A DNA stretch of 64,000 nt from Mantamonas sphyraenae STR306 (lineage: Eukaryota; Protista; CRuMs). The translations under genes were made by a program, and so were the position numbers. Of this stretch, positions 1 through 12,571 are shown one piece after another. The notes below the pieces were generated by a model. The model searched no databases. It was not told where the DNA came from and saw nothing but the letters and a program-made list of their open reading frames with translations. Where the stretch lies: the NCBI GenBank assembly GCA_026936335.1, contig JAPMXV010000042.1, positions 558,001-622,000 on the forward strand. Reading direction: 5' to 3'. Position 1 is the first letter of the stretch, and each line of letters begins with the position of its first letter.

Positions 1-880
1 TTCCTGTCCTCCACCTCCTCCTTCAGCTTCTTCACCTCCTCTTCCAGCTTCTCCTTCTCTCCCATCGCCTCCTTCACCTTCTCTTCCATCTCCGCCACCA
101 TCTCTCCCTGCCCCTGTTTCCTGGCTTCCACCTCCTCCTTCAGCTTCCTCACCTCTTCTTCCAGCTTCTCCTTCTCTCCCATCGCCTCCTTCACCTTCTC
201 TTCCATCTCCGCCACCATCTCTCCCTGCCCCTGTTTCCTGGCTTCCACCTCCTCCTTCAGCTTCTTCACCTCCTCTTCCAGCTTCTCCTTCTCTCCCATC
301 GCCTCCTTCACCTTCTCTTCCATCTCCGCCACCATCTCTCCCTGCCCCTGTTTCCTGGCTTCCACCTCCTCCTTCAGCTTCTTCACCTCTTCTTCCAGCT
401 TCTCCTTCTCTCCCATCGCCTCCTTCACCTTCTCTTCCATCTCCGCCACCATCTCCCCCTGCCCCTGTTTCCTGGCCTCCACCTCCCCCTTCAGCTTCTT
501 CACCTCCTCTTCCAGCTGCCCTTTCACCCTCATTGCCTCCTTCACCTTCTCCTCCATCTCCGCCACCATCTCTCCCTGCCCCTGTTTCCTGGCTTCCACC
601 TCCTCCTTCAGCTTCTTCACCTCCTCTTCCAGCTGCCCCTTCTCTCCCACCACCTCCTTCACCTTCTCTTCCATCTCCGCCACCAACTCCCCCTGCCCCT
701 GTTTCCTGTCCTCCACCTCCTCCTTCAGCTTCCTCACCTCCTCTTCCAGCTGCCCCTTCTCCCTCATTGCCTCCTTCACCTTCTCTTCCATCTCCGCCAC
801 CATCTCTCCCTGCCCCTGTTTCCTGGCTTCCACCTCCTCCTTCAGCTTCCTCACCTCTTCTTCCAGCCGCTCCTTCTCCT
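1..880 (-). repeat. 117-bp coding tandem repeat, ~7.5 copies visible (unit EARKQGQGEMVAEMEEKVKEAMGEKEKLEEEVKKLKEEV)
   Basis: TTCCTG recurs at 1, 118, 235 and onward, giving a period of 117 with near-identical copies. Confidence 0.95.
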
Positions 881-2492
881 TCCCCTCACGTTCACTCATC
901 ATGACTTGCCCATCTATCGCCATACGCAACTCGGCTTCCAATCGTCGCCTCGTCCCCTGCTCCTCTTCCAGCAGCGTTTCCACCGCAGCCTTTTCCGCTC
1001 GAATCTTTTCCATCTCCCCTTTTAGCTCCCCTTCAGACTCTGCTGCCATCATTTCTCGTGCTTGAAGCTTCGTCTTTGCGTCATCCACCTTCATCTTCAT
1101 CCGTTGCAGCTCCCCAGCCTGCTCCTCCGCCCGAGCTCGCCGTCGGCTCTCCCGTTCTTCCATCTCCCGTGTCACCTTCTCCTGCTCCGCTACTTTCTTC
1201 TGCGTCTCTCTCAACGCTCCCTCTGCATCATGGCGCTTCCTCACCTCCTCTTGCATTTGGCCCAGCAGCGTGGCCAGTTCTTCGTTCAACTGCTTCTCTA
1301 TCTCCTGTGTCGACCCCAGACGGCCTTCTACCTCCTGCAGCCTGTTTTCCATCTCTTTACGAGCCATGTTCGATTCACGTTGCACCCTTGCAACCTCCTC
1401 CTTTGCTGAGTCCACCTCACGCTGCATCTGATTCGCCACTCGTGTTTCTGCCTCGCGTACCAGTGTGTCGTCCAACAGGATCTCCCGCAACCGACCCAGC
1501 TCTGCCTTGTGTGCTGCTTTCAGCTGTTCCAGAGCTCGTTTCAACGACGCCACGTCCTGGTCCACCGACACTTCCCGCCGCACGTGTTTTCTTGCGCTCT
1601 CTCTCTTCTGCATCCTCTCCAGAGCTTCCCTGCATTCGCGCAGTTCCTGTTGCGTCTGATCGAGTCGCACTTGCATCGCTCTCGCCTTTTCCCATCCTGT
1701 TTCTCGCTGCTCTTTGCTGTGTTCTCGTACGTACTGTTTGTACGCCGCAAGCAGAGCGTCCCCGCCCTCCTGCCCCTGTGACCCATCACTGGATCCCTCT
1801 GCCGTCGCTCTGCTCTCCAAGGTCCCTACTCTTTCCTCAAGCTCAGCAATGTATGTGCGCAGGTTATCCACTTCTTCCTTGTGCGCCTGCTGCTTCCACG
1901 CGGCCTGCTCGACACTGCCACCGCTATCCGTTTGCGACGCCACCATCGCCTGCTCCCATTGTCTCTCGTCCAACGTTATGTCTTGCCGGGCACGAGCCAA
2001 CTTTTGCTTTCGACGCCGCTGTCGCACCCCTCGTTTGCTCTGTGCCGCCGCCAGGCTCTGCAGCACCGCGTCGCTCAGCCCCTCGCTCGCATTCGTCTTC
2101 AATTCCACCTGCAGCTGTGGATTTGCATCCAGAGCATACAGCAGCCCTGCTCCCACATTGTCGTCCACCGCATCCTGCCCACTCACCACCAGATGCTGAA
2201 CGCTGTCCTTTTTGCCAAGCACACGCACCAGTCCCCGCAGCGCCGCGCGCACATTCACACCACAAAATACGTGTACACCATGTACATGCACATGGGAGGC
2301 ACTCAAAAACTCGCTCACACTCTCCATCTCGGCGGCGGTGGCAAGAGGCACCTCCTTCGAATCGGCCGCACTTTGCACCCACACAGCTCCTTCGTGCGTA
2401 CAAGATTCGCCACCCAACTGGAGCCACCGCACTTCAAATTCTCTGTTGGTACCGTTGGCCTGGTCTGCAAGCCACGCCGTGTCCACTTGCAT
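1..2492 (-). CDS. Long coiled-coil protein with 39-aa tandem repeats (3' end runs off the window)
   Basis: ATG at 2492 (MQVDTAWLADQ...) is in the same frame as the E/K-rich repeat at position 1. It is absent from the ORF track, presumably because no stop lies in the window. Confidence 0.75.
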   Translation of the reverse strand, partial: MQVDTAWLADQANGTNREFEVRWLQLGGESCTHEGAVWVQSAADSKEVPLATAAEMESVSEFLSASHVHVHGVHVFCGVNVRAALRGLVRVLGKKDSVQHLVVSGQDAVDDNVGAGLLYALDANPQLQVELKTNASEGLSDAVLQSLAAAQSKRGVRQRRRKQKLARARQDITLDERQWEQAMVASQTDSGGSVEQAAWKQQAHKEEVDNLRTYIAELEERVGTLESRATAEGSSDGSQGQEGGDALLAAYKQYVREHSKEQRETGWEKARAMQVRLDQTQQELRECREALERMQKRESARKHVRREVSVDQDVASLKRALEQLKAAHKAELGRLREILLDDTLVREAETRVANQMQREVDSAKEEVARVQRESNMARKEMENRLQEVEGRLGSTQEIEKQLNEELATLLGQMQEEVRKRHDAEGALRETQKKVAEQEKVTREMEERESRRRARAEEQAGELQRMKMKVDDAKTKLQAREMMAAESEGELKGEMEKIRAEKAAVETLLEEEQGTRRRLEAELRMAIDGQVMMSEREGKEKERLEEEVRKLKEEVEARKQGQGEMVAEMEEKVKEAMREKGQLEEEVRKLKEEVEDRKQGQGELVAEMEEKVKEVVGEKGQLEEEVKKLKEEVEARKQGQGEMVAEMEEKVKEAMRVKGQLEEEVKKLKGEVEARKQGQGEMVAEMEEKVKEAMGEKEKLEEEVKKLKEEVEARKQGQGEMVAEMEEKVKEAMGEKEKLEEEVKKLKEEVEARKQGQGEMVAEMEEKVKEAMGEKEKLEEEVRKLKEEVEARKQGQGEMVAEMEEKVKEAMGEKEKLEEEVKKLKEEVEDR

Positions 2493-2580
2493 CTTGGACG
2501 ACACTTGGCAGCGCCAGCGCCGGCAACACAACACTCTCTCCCCACACACAACACTCCACACACATACACACATCATGCTC

Positions 2581-5500
2581 ATGTCACAACGCTTTACAGC
2601 AGCGATTTTCCTTGCTGTAGCTCTGGTTGTGCTTGCACATGTGCCGCTGGCGGCAGGAGGTAGGTGAAAGAGAAATGCGCAGCAAGAGGGCCACGGAACA
2701 TCCAGCTCACAAACACATGCCACACACACAGAGGCCGCCACGGAATGCCGACAAACCTCAGAACTGGAGTTTGCGCGCACGAAGCGCCTCCAGCTGGGTC
2801 TTCTCTACCACGAGAATCTGGCGTTGGGCACGCAGACAAACGAGACGGCACCTCTGAAAAGCCTCAACAGCGCCACATTGTTGCCCACCATGGTGGACGG
2901 TGACCGGTGCTGCAACGCCGCCCTCAACTCGAGCGACTGTGGTGTCAACTTCAACATCACTGGAGACGGTTTGGTGCAGGCTGTCATCGAACTCAACCGC
3001 ACAGCGTTTGTCAACGAGATTGTCACCTCGTGGTATCTGCCTTGCCGCAACGAGCCGCGCCCTTTCTACACCCTCCAGTTCTACAACCAACAGACATCCT
3101 CCTGGCAGGATATTCTCATTCGTGTGCTCAAGGCAAACGTAATTGGTACGTGACCATGTCTTATCCACAGCCCTGCCTGCAGCATTCCTTTGCCCCTTGC
3201 GTCCAGCTTTGCGCCCTCGCGCCGTTTTTGCGCTCCCGCCTTTCCTCCTGCCCTACGCGCACATCCACGCTGCCCACTGCTCTTTCCAACCTTTATGTCC
3301 CGGCCCCACCCTGTCCTCCATCCTCTCCCACATCGTCTGAGCCAGTGCCTTGCGCTGCTGCCCCGCAATGCCCGCGGGTCACGGTGCCTCAGGCTCTGGG
3401 ATTTCCATGCGTCCCCTCTCCGCGACTCCTTTTTTCCGTTCCGCGCCTTGCAACCCTTTGCTCACACGCTTGCCCGCTCCACAAACCCATTCTACTGCAC
3501 ACTTCTACGTCGCTCCACACGAACGCCTCCACAGTCAAGGAAGAGCCCACCCCGTGCTACGTTATTCCAGGAGACAAGGGCGACGTCTCGCTCTGCACCG
3601 ACTTTTTCGATTACCAGCCAGTGCCCGCCACAAAGTTTCGAATCAAGTTCAACAACTCGGAGTCTTTCACAGGTCTCCCGAGTGACTTCACTGATGGTGG
3701 CTGGCTCTACGAAATGGAGGTCCACGGCCGCTACTATGGTGCGTTGCGTAACGCCTGAAACGCGCGTCAAGCCGCCATTTTTTTCCACGCCCAAACCTGC
3801 CGCCGGAACGCCCACCCCCTCCCCGGCGGCACCTTTCCTCCCTTTCTTTGCGCGAAACTCCGTTTTTACCGTTTCACCTGACACAGTACACCTCGCACAC
3901 AGACGACCCGTGGGAGCTGCAAAACGACGGTATTGCCATCAGCAAGTTCCAGTCGCAGCTGAACGTCACCCTGGGCACGATCAACGTGCTCACGGCCAAC
4001 ATCAAGCAGATTCGCCTCAACACGTTGGACACAAAGACAACCACCATGTCTGCCAATCTTATCAACAAGGGCACAGGCACAAGTGCCCAACACCTTCTGG
4101 GAGGCAACACGACAGTGTCTGCCTCGCTGGGCTACGCCAACTTCACCGACCTCGTTGTCCTTTCGCCACCCGCCGGCCAGTACAACCTTACCTTTACGTC
4201 GCCCAACCTGCTCAGCACCTTTGTCCTCTTCACCATCGAGGAGGGTAAGCCCTACCGCATCCTTGTGGAGAGCGGCTCGCTGGTCAGCACTCAGTCCGAC
4301 CGCCCTGCCAACATCCCCACCGTCACCGTGTCCGTTCGCGATCCGGGAGGGAACAAGGTCGCCAACATTACAAACTACAAGGATCTTGGCGGAGGCGCTT
4401 TTGACGCAAACGTGTACGTCTATCTCAAGACAAACACAACTGCCACGTTCGAAGGCGTCCAGGTCGTCAACATGGCCTACCAGGGAGGCACGGCCATCTT
4501 CAACGGCATGCAACTGCGCAGTCCCCCTGTGGGAGACTACATTCTGGAGTACACCACGCCGGGCGTCACCTTCAACGCCACTTCCACCGTGCGCATTCTC
4601 GAGGGCCCGCCAAAGGCCCTCCGCATCACCCAGGGACAGGCCAACGGCCCCACTCGCGTCGACCACGTCGTCCAAGCCGAAACATTGCTCCCAGGTGTAT
4701 CCATGGAAACCCTGGATGCTGGTGACAACAAGACCCCCAGCGGAAATGGCGTCAACATCGCCGTCAGTGTCGACAAGGGCACGTTGTCTGGAACCACGTC
4801 GTACACAGTCGACGCCACCGGTGCCGTGTCCCTCAATGACATGAAGCTCGTGCGCCCCACCATTGGCCTGTACACCCTCACGTACACGCCCACCGGTGGC
4901 AGCGGAGGACCCATCCCCACCGTCACCTCCACCGTCGAAATCGTCGTCGGCTTGCCTACCCACCTGCGCGTGCTGCCCGAGCACACCAACCAGCGCTACC
5001 AGAGCGACTTTGTGGTCAAGTTCAACCCCATTGTCGTGCAGTCGCTCGACGCTGGCTTCAACGTCGTCGGCGTCAACGACACGGTGGACCGCAACGTCAC
5101 CGTCATCCTCGCCAACGCCACAGTGACACTCAACGGTACTCTTCGCGAGCTCATGAGCAGTGGAAACGCCACATTCGGCCAGGTGTCCCTCCTGTCGCCA
5201 CCCACCGCCACCTACGTGCTGCAGTTCAGCGCACCGGACCTGGGATTTGTTGTTCTCAATGTCAACATCGACATCGGTCCAGGCAAGAGCCTGAAGGCCG
5301 ACCCACTCGACCGCACGCGCGCAAGTATCGAAGTGGTGGACTTTTCACCCATTTTTGTGAGTGTTCTAGACGCGGGTGGATCCTTTGTGGGCGCCGAACC
5401 CTTTGCGCGCACAATCACCGCAGCCATCGACGGAGGCGGCCAGCTGAACGGCACCCAGGTGGCCACCACCAGTGCCAGCGGCCTGGCAAAGGCAAACTTT

Positions 5501-8500
5501 ACTGGCATCACCGTCCTTGCGCCGGTCAGCAAGAACTACACCGTCACATTTAGCACGCCGGGCCTCATCAGTGGCTCCATGACCCTTGTCGTGCACCCTG
5601 GTCCTGCACGCCGGCTGCGCCCGCGTGTGGGCCCAACCTACACCTACAAGAGCCAGCTGCAGACGTCCTTCGACCCCATCACCATCGAGGCTCTGGATGC
5701 GTCCGGTACGTTTGTCAGCACCTTCCAGCTGCAGGAAAGTGGGGCGTTGAACGTCACCACACGCTTGGTCAACACCTCGTACGCAGGCATGTTCAGCGTC
5801 ACAAACGGGGGATCAGGCGACCTGGCCAACGGTCAGTACGAGTACGCGACCGGCAGCATCAAGTTTGTGCAACCTCTGGTCGGCAAGTACCTCCTTGAGT
5901 TCTTCAACCCGACCCTGGGTTCGGGCTTCCTCTCGGTATCCATCATCACAGGCGACGCCTACCAGTTGCAAATTCTGGAGCCAGCCTCGTTGACCACCTC
6001 TGTGGAGAGCGCCGCGTTCAGCGAGCTGCAGGGCGTTTACCTGCGCGCTCTGGACCCCGGTACGAACTGGGCCAACAACGATCAGGTCGAGCGTACAGTC
6101 ACCGTGTCCTCCAACAGCGTCACTGTGGGTGGCAACAAGCAGGACATCATGCGCAACGGCTCCCTGACGATGAATGGCACCGCCCTTCTGTTCCCCACCG
6201 TGCGCTCGCACCAGGTCACCTTCAGCTCCACAGGCCTGCTGCCCAAGACCATCACCGTGCAGGTGACGACGGGTCTCGCCTACTTCCTGCGAGCCACCAA
6301 CGAGACGGTCGTTACGCGCCAGAGCCGCTACACCGTCGATTTGCGCGACTACCAGATCCGAGCCTTTGACGCAGGCAACAACGCCACCGTGCGTGACGAG
6401 AACAAGATTGTCAGCACGCGCTTGTACGATGCCCTGGGCCGTGACTTGACCAGCTCCTTGCTGGAGACCAAGACAGCCCAATTTGGCGGCACCGGCGTGG
6501 TCGACTTTTCCACCGGAACCAGCAACCTGGTGCGACTGCTCAGCCCTCCGCAAGGCAGCTACGTGCTGTCTTTCCAGGCGCCGGGTCTCGTGCCGGCCAA
6601 CGTCAGCGTGACCATCGTACCCGGCCCGCCTGTGCGTTTGGGCTCGCCCAACACCACGCATGTGTACCGCAGCGCTGCCCAGGTGCTGATTTCGCCCATT
6701 ACCCTGCAGGTGTCCGACGCCGGCCTCAATCCGATCGGCGGATCCCAGGCGGTGTTTGACACCGTGTCGGTGGCGCTGGTCACACCCAACATCACGCTCA
6801 CCAGCTCGCCCATCGTGACAGTGATCAACGGCGAGCGTGTGTTCTCCAACCTGCGGCTTGCTGCACCCGCTGTGGGCACTCACACGCTCAACTTCAGCTC
6901 GCCCATCCTGCAGGGACTCCTCATCGACGTGGTCATCAACGTTGGCGACCCGTACCGCATCACGCCGCTGCTGAAGAACATGACCATCAAGAGCAACACG
7001 TCTGCGCCACTTCCCTCTGTGCCTGTCGAGATCCAGGATGTGGGCAACAACCCGCTGCGCTTCGACGACAAGGTCGTGCGCTCCGCCAACGTGACGGTGA
7101 ACAACGGGGCACAGTTCACGGACGCATCTACCACTGTCATCACGGTCACAAACGGCGTGGCCACCTTTAACAACCTGGCGCTGAAGGCGCCTGTGCCGCA
7201 GCAGTACACCATGACTGTGTGCGCCGGCAACGTGACATGCGACACATTTGCCGTCGTGGTCACCAAGGGTGATCCTGTTGCACTGAGCGTGCAGTCGGGT
7301 GTGTCCTCCACGTACGCGTCGAGTGTGCAGCTGGTGAACGCCGTCGTGCGCACACTGGATGTCTCTGGCACGGTGACGGACCTGCCCGTTCTGGCAAGTG
7401 GCGACGTGCAGGTGGCAAGCAACAGCACCAACCTGCGCATGCTGTCTTCCGTGGCCACTCTGGCCAACGGTGTCACAACCGTCAGGCTGAACTTTACGCA
7501 TCCGCTGGTGGGCGTGTACGCGCTCACATTCAGCAGCGTGGACAGCAGCATGGCCGCCGACACCGTCACGCTCACCGTGACACCCGGTGTGCCTGCACAA
7601 CTTGCGCTGGTAGGCTGGAACGCCAACAAGGTGTACCCCAGCGACTACTCGGTCGTATTGGATCCGGTCACTGTGCGTGTGCTGGACGAGGGTACCAACT
7701 ACGTGAATGGCGACGTGCAGACCCGCACGCTCACTGTCCTTGAAACCCTGCCGTTCCTGAACAAGACCAGCATGGTGACGCAGACCAGCAGCGGCCAGGG
7801 TGTGTTTGCAGCCATGGAGCTGCGTTCTCCTCCTGCAAACGCCTCGCTGCAGCTGACCATTCAAACGACGGGCTTGCGCTCGGTTGTACAGAGCGTCCAT
7901 GTTGGCATCGGTCCAGCGCGCAAGGTGAAGGTCACACCGGGCATCGTCGAGGTGGCCACCAACGGCAGCGCTCGCCTCCCATCCGTCACTGTGCAGCTTG
8001 CAGACGCAGGCAACAACCTGGTGGGTGCCACCGACGCACCTGCTCAGCGCACAGTAACTGTGAATGCGCCTGGAAACACGCTGGCCGGTGTCACCTCGTG
8101 CATCACCACCAACGGAGTGTGCACGCTCACAGGCACCGTGATGGTGGCCCCTGTGGTGACGTTGCACACCCTCGTGTTCACAGCAACCAACATGGAGCCG
8201 TTCAACGTTGTGGCCAACGTGACGAGCGGTTTCGCACGCGCCCTCAGCGCGAGCATCTCGTTGGTCCTTACGCCGAGCCAGCGCAACACCCTCTTGCCAC
8301 CGGTGACGGTGAGCACGCTGGACGCCGGCGGCAACTTTACGGTGCGCAGCGAGGCCACGGTGGTCGTGCAGGCCACTGTGCTGCCCGCAAGCGGTTCGTA
8401 CAAGTACGTGCCTTTTGCGGCTGACTCTACGCTGACTGCAACGGTGTCGAACGGCGTGGCCGTGTTCCCCAACCTGCGCCTCGTTGCGCCGCCCAAGGGC

Positions 8501-11500
8501 AGCTACCGCATCCAGTTTACGAGTGGGGTGCTGACCAGCAGCGCAGTGGACGCTGGCATTCGCATCGGTCCGCCCGACTCGCTGGTGGTGCATTCGTACA
8601 CAAACGGCCAGCCGTTGAGCGACTACAAGACTCTGTTGAACCCGATTGTGGTTCGCGCCCTGGATGCAGGAGGCGAGTTTGTGGGCGGCGCAGACACCAA
8701 CCTGACGCGCACGGTGAACGTGGAGGTGCTCAACACAACGCTGACCACACCGAACGGCACCTTGGCGCAGACGCTCACCAACGGCACGACGTCGTTCGAC
8801 AACGTGATTCTGCAGTCGCCTGTGAAGGGAGAACTGACACTGCGCGTGTGGAGCGACGCGATCCGCGGGGGCGTTGTCGTGGATACCATCCTGAAGGTGG
8901 AGGTGTTTGTGGGTCCCGTGCGCGGCATCCGCATGCGCCAGGGCGGCTTCCAGTCGCATCCATGCGAGAATCTGATCTACATGAACCGCGTGCAGGTGGA
9001 AACTGTAGACGCGGGCCAGAACTTTGTGAGCACGGACCAGGGATCGCCCATTTTCGCAGCGCTGGACGGCTTCGTTGCGAACACAGGAGCAAACAACAGC
9101 GCCGCGACGCTGAACGGCATCAGCACATTCGACGGCCTGACGTTCTCGTCGACGCTTGCGAGTCCGGTAAACAGTGGCCTGAACACAATCACTTTCAGCG
9201 CGTTTATTGGTGGTACCCGTCTGGAGACTCAGGGCCGCCTGAATGTGACTGCAGGCAGCGCCAGCCGAGTCAAGGTGACAAACGTGGTGGGGCGCAGCAA
9301 CCTCGTGACAGACCCTCTGGGCGGCACGTATGTGTTTGATATCCCGTACCAGGGTGCTGCAGCGACGCCAGGCAACGTGCGACGCGTGGATTTGCCTCGC
9401 ATCGAAGTGAGCGCTTTCGACAACTGCCACTCATTCCAGCCGAACGCTGCGTTTACGGTGACGTTGAACGACGACAGCGGTGTGCTGGTAGGCGGTGGAG
9501 GCATCGCCCAGCCGAACGTAGAGGTGGACGCAGTCGTGGACGGAGCAGCGGAGGTGGCCAAGGCCTCGGTGGAGGCCAATACCCAGTCGCCACCAACGAC
9601 CACGCTGAGCGGTGGCGTGGCCGGGTTCCAGGACGTGTACGTGACGCCGATCAGCGGAAGCTACACGTTCACGGTGAGTGCACCGGGCATGGCGAGCACG
9701 ACGCTGCGCGTGAACGTGCAACCCGGCCCTGCGGTTGCACTGGAGTTTGTGGGTGCGTTTGCAGATCCGACAACGCCGATTGTGCACAACAACGTGGGCA
9801 GGGGCTCGGGTGTGCTGTCGACACAGCCTATTGTGCGCAGCGTGGACGACGTGCGCAACCGCGTCAACACGACCTTCAACGCGCGCGTTGTGTTCACCGT
9901 GGACAAGTCCCTGCGCCCGGCGAGCCTGGATGCATTCTACGCAGGCCAGGACGCGGCGTTGGAAGCGGTACAAACACGTCCGGTGGTGGAGAACGACATT
10001 CTCAACCTGAACGGCCAGGCGCAGTTCCCCGAGTTGAACATGCGCGGAACGCACGGCCTTCGCTACACGGTGGAGGTGGAAGATTACCTTCCCGGTGCGC
10101 GAGCGGCCTACCGCAGCGCCTTCTACTACAACTTTACGATCAGTGCGTGCACGTCGGAGTTGGAGTACGGCGCAAACAGCGTGCCGAACTACGGTCCGCA
10201 GTTTGGCCGCTCGTGCTTCTGTGAAGCTGGCTTCTCGCTTGTGCAACCAGACCCGAACCAACCGACGGTGTTCCGATGCCAAGCGTGTGCGGACTCCACG
10301 TACAAGGATGTGGTGGGTACTCAGAACTGCGTGAACTGTCCGGAGAACATGAACACGCTGGGTGTGCGTGCCGCGACGGATCTGGCGCAGTGTGTGTGTC
10401 GTACGGGCTTCTATGCCAAGCCGCAGGACCCGACCAAGTGCCTGCAGTGTGCCGAGGGTGGTCTGTGTCAGGGTGGCGAGGCCATTGTGCCGAAACCCGG
10501 TTTCTTCTCGTTCAGGACAGGATCGGACAAGTTCTATGCCTGTCCCAACCCGGATGCGTGCATCAACTCTGGCAATGGCACGTGCAGAACGGGCTACGAG
10601 GGCCCGTTGTGCTCGCTGTGTGCGCCTGGATACGGCCGCTTCGGCGTGGACTGCACGGTGTGCGGCGAATCCTCCCTGTCATGGTTCATTGTCGTCGTTG
10701 CCGTGCTGGGCATCTGTTTGATGCTGAGCTTCTTGGTACGCACCGCAGGAGTGGAACGCAGCAAGAACGGCACGGTCATGAAGGTGCTTCTGAACTACCT
10801 GCAGGTGATTGCCTTTGTGGGTGATTTGAGTGTTCAGTGGCCGCCGCTGATTGTGGGTTTGTTCTCGCTGATGCGTGTGTCGCTGTTTTCGCTGAACCTG
10901 CATCCTGTGGACTGCTCAGTGGGTCCAGACTTTTACGACCGCTACCTGGCGTACTTGTTCTTCCCCGTCGTGGCTGTGTTTGGCCCGCTTACGTTCTACT
11001 TCCTGTACTACTGGGGCAGCCGAGCGCTGTCGCGTGTGATGCGTGTGGTGTGGCTGCGTCAAAACCGCTACTCGATGATGGCGGACCAGAACCCGTGGGT
11101 CAAGAGCCCCGAGCACTGGCAAGAGTTTAAGCGACACTGCATCAAGCAGTGTGTGCTTGCGATCCTGATCAGCATTTTCCTTGCGCATCCGATCATCACC
11201 AAGAACTCGTTCCAGATGTTCAACTGTGTGCCCTTCTACGATGGTCAGGAGAGTGAGGCGGGCACATCGGTACAGTGGTTTGTGGCGGAGGATCTTTCGA
11301 TCGACTGCAAAACTCCGCTGCACAGGTTCTGGGAGACAATTGCGCTGCTGATGGTGACTGTGTACTGCGGTGGCCTGCCGCTGCTTGCTGTGGGCATCCT
11401 GTACAAGAACCGCAACGAGTTGCATACGCGCAAGGTTCAGGACCGCTACCGATTCCTGTACGACGGTTACAAGAACCACCGCTTCTACTGGGAGGCTGTG

Positions 11501-12424
11501 ATCATGGTGCGCAAGGTGGCTATTGTGGGTGTGGTTGTGCTGTACCGTGAAAAGGCGCTGTCTCAGCTGTATGCGTCGCTGTGGGTCATTTTCGCCTCGT
11601 TGATTGCGCACTTGTTTGCACGTCCGTACGCGACACATTTGGCTTCCCGCCTGGAAATGTTTTCGCTGATTGTGACGCTGGTGACGCTGATGACAGGTAT
11701 CCTGTACTACAGCGGAGAGATGGACAAGGTGGCCGAGGATGCCATGAGTGTGATGCTGATCGGCATGAACGCCATCATGGGCACGACATTCTTTGTGGTG
11801 CTGGCATCGGGCTACTACAAGGACAAGAAGAAGAAGGCAGAGGGAGCGACCAAGCGACTCAAGATCAACGAGCTGCTGGAGCAGGCGGCGAACCAGGAAG
11901 TGGAGGAGTTGGAGAAGATGGCCGAGGCGTCGGGCATCATGAAGGCGAAGCGCCGCTCGACTGTGGTGGACAACTCGCAGTTGGTGGAACTGAAGGCGCT
12001 TACGCGCGCCAAGACGCAGGATTCGTATGCTCTGAGGAGGAAGATGCACGCAGGCACGCAGGCGAAGAAGCACAGGAAGAACGTGAAGCGTGCGGAGGAA
12101 CATGCTTTGTGGGAGGCTGCAGTGCTGCGTGCACGCCGTATGGGTCTGCCTGAACCGGAGGATCCGGAGGTTGTGCGCAAGAGGGAGGCGGAGGAGCGCA
12201 AGCGCAAGGAAGAAGAGGCCAAGCTGGCGAAGGAGCAGGCGGAGAAGGAGAAGAAACGCCTGGATGAGGAAGATGAAAGTGGAAGCGAATGGGAAACTGA
12301 CGATGAGAGTGAATGGGAGACGGACGACGAGAGCGAATGGGAGACGGACGACGAGAGCGAGGAAGAAGGCGAAGGTGAAGAAGAAGCAGAGGGCGAGGGG
12401 GAGGAGGGCAAGAAGAAGGAGTAA
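2581..12424 (+). CDS. Giant (~3,070 aa) cell-surface protein: signal peptide, discoidin/F5-8C-like domain, ~17 Ig-like beta-sandwich repeats, Cys-rich EGF/ephrin-receptor-like repeats, multi-pass TM domain, charged tail
   Basis: Phase-compatible exons 2581-2659, 2732-3145, 3535-3738, 3903-12424 total 9219 nt. Signal peptide MSQRFTAAIFLAVALVVLAHV. Repeat consensus LDAG.N...NG.A.F..L.L..P..G.Y.L.F. Cys-rich C.C..GFY repeats. TM-region motifs KVLLNYLQV and YRFLYDGYK..FYWEAVIMVRK. Confidence 0.85.
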
Positions 12425-12571
12425 ATGATGGACATTTTTGCCACGAGGGCATGGTTTGGCGATCGCAGAGAAGAGAAGATGCAAGTTGCATGGAGCACAT
12501 GTGGGTGCTCAGAAGGGCCGGGTTTCGGGGTCGGAGCCAGGAATTTTCCGGCGGGATATCGGTCCAGCAGC

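Noticed and set aside
1-880. Tandem array as CRISPR or satellite
   Set aside because: There are no unique spacers, and the unit is a multiple of 3 within an open reading frame.
533-2620. Pro/Ser-rich + strand ORFs (extensin-like)
   Set aside because: They are antisense shadows of the minus-strand E/K coiled-coil gene.
5813-9430. 1205-aa minus-strand ORF and other long antisense ORFs
   Set aside because: They are shadows of GC-rich coding sequence on the opposite strand and show no motifs.
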